Virus record (IMG/VR): IMGVR_UViG_3300031420_000495
Span: 128,001-192,000 of that record
DNA from: a virus
Lineage: Duplodnaviria; Caudoviricetes
Strand: one strand, 5' to 3'
Length of the DNA: 64,000 nt
The position numbers were made by a program, and so were the translations under genes. The notes under the pieces are model-generated. The model was not told the origin of the DNA, ran no database searches, and saw only the letters and a list, made by a program, of their open reading frames with translations. Positions 63,214-64,000 of this stretch are shown here, in pieces (position 1 is the stretch's first letter; the number at the start of each line of letters is the position of its first letter).

Positions 63214-64000
63214 TCACGTGATGATGAAGTCGTCGATGATAACGTCGAGATAATCTCGCGCTGCTTGCCTTGCGTCTTCACGAGTCCGCCACGAAGTCGG
63301 ATCGAGTTTGGCCAGCGACGGAATGGCATACTCGAACGGCGCTTCGGAATCCGGGTTGTGATGGATTTCCACTTCGTACCCGCGGTACGAGAAGGTTCGT
63401 ACACCATCAAACTTCTGGTTATACTTCTTCTCCTTGAAGAGGAAACTTACCGGGTCCTTCAGTGTCGCGAGGTTGATGTCGTGCGACACGATTTCCGAAC
63501 GTTGCACCGGACCTTTCGGACGATGCTTCTCGGGAATCTTCGCCAACTCAGCTTCGGACAGCTCACGGTCGACCAGCAGACGACGTGCAAACGTTCCGCG
63601 CTTGAAGAAGTACGGGTACGCCTCGAAGTTGACGCCTTTGTCCAGCATCATTTGACGAAGCTGCAGACCGTTCTTTCCGTTCAGCTGCTTCTGCGAATAC
63701 AGAGCTTGCGCGCCCATCGACACCGCGTTCTTCGTCGCGTCTTGTTGACGCCACAACAGAACGTGATATGCTTCTTGCAAGTTCGGCACGACGTATGCAC
63801 GTGCATCGAAGCACGGCAACAGATGAGCCTTCTGTGGCAGGTAGCCGGCGAGGTTCTTGTTGAACACGGCCGTGGCATACGATGCCGTCAGCGTCTCGAT
63901 CTTCTGGAAGCGGCCGTCGAAAACGAGTTCCGACTTGCTGTCTGGTTCGCTGGTGAAGATCAGCGTGATTTCGTCCGACTGCGTGTAGCCGATGTCGCAA
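63214..64000 (-). CDS. tRNA(His) guanylyltransferase Thg1-like, 5' part outside window, C-terminal extension
   Basis: In-frame from 63999: GYTQSDEITL, FDGRFQK, FDARAY, LLWRQQDATKNAVS, FFKRGTF. Confidence 0.9.
   Translation of the reverse strand, partial: CDIGYTQSDEITLIFTSEPDSKSELVFDGRFQKIETLTASYATAVFNKNLAGYLPQKAHLLPCFDARAYVVPNLQEAYHVLLWRQQDATKNAVSMGAQALYSQKQLNGKNGLQLRQMMLDKGVNFEAYPYFFKRGTFARRLLVDRELSEAELAKIPEKHRPKGPVQRSEIVSHDINLATLKDPVSFLFKEKKYNQKFDGVRTFSYRGYEVEIHHNPDSEAPFEYAIPSLAKLDPTSWRTREDARQAARDYLDVIIDDFIIT

Noticed and set aside
1-64000. tRNA, rRNA or CRISPR arrays
   Set aside because: No cloverleaf/T-loop signatures or regularly spaced repeats found by eye; intergenic gaps are short. 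A tRNAscan run would be decisive.

Overview
A 64-kb segment of a large, probably lytic, T4-related (jumbo-type) dsDNA phage genome. The host cannot be determined from the sequence. Almost all genes lie on the minus strand. The exceptions are two plus-strand tail-fibre islands (39.6-41.5 kb and 45.6-55.9 kb). Recognisable content: (1) T4 Rnl1-type RNA ligase, running off the left end; (2) virion/fibre genes at 2-11 kb; (3) macro-domain, ThyA, SLOG-family and DnaJ genes; (4) type II topoisomerase (fused gp39/60 plus gp52); (5) a late-promoter cluster of envelope/lipoprotein genes; (6) a dispersed nucleotide/sugar set: cytidylyltransferase, guanylate kinase, ATP-grasp, UDP-galactopyranose mutase, degenerate GalE, dNMP kinase, and a second TS-family enzyme with the dCMP-hydroxymethylase Asp signature; (7) AAA ATPase and DinG-like helicase; (8) three S74-chaperone tail fibres with small tip proteins, one carrying a Hint domain; (9) a prkA-yeaH-spoVR(ycgB) operon; (10) bactofilin, DHFR, a RelA/SpoT-type HD hydrolase and Thg1, running off the right end. 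Non-coding signals read by eye: a TGTGCW-N17-TATAAT early promoter family, (T)ATAAATA late boxes (two embedded in RBS-sequestering hairpins), a duplicated ~70-bp promoter cassette, and a perfect 28-bp inverted repeat 31.5 kb apart. No tRNA, rRNA, CRISPR array, integrase or reverse transcriptase was seen. All family calls come from motif recognition by eye, not database searches. The best candidates for new biology are a possible furanose-sugar cytosine hypermodification pathway, a Hint-capped fibre tip, and a tRNA/translation-rescue gene set.
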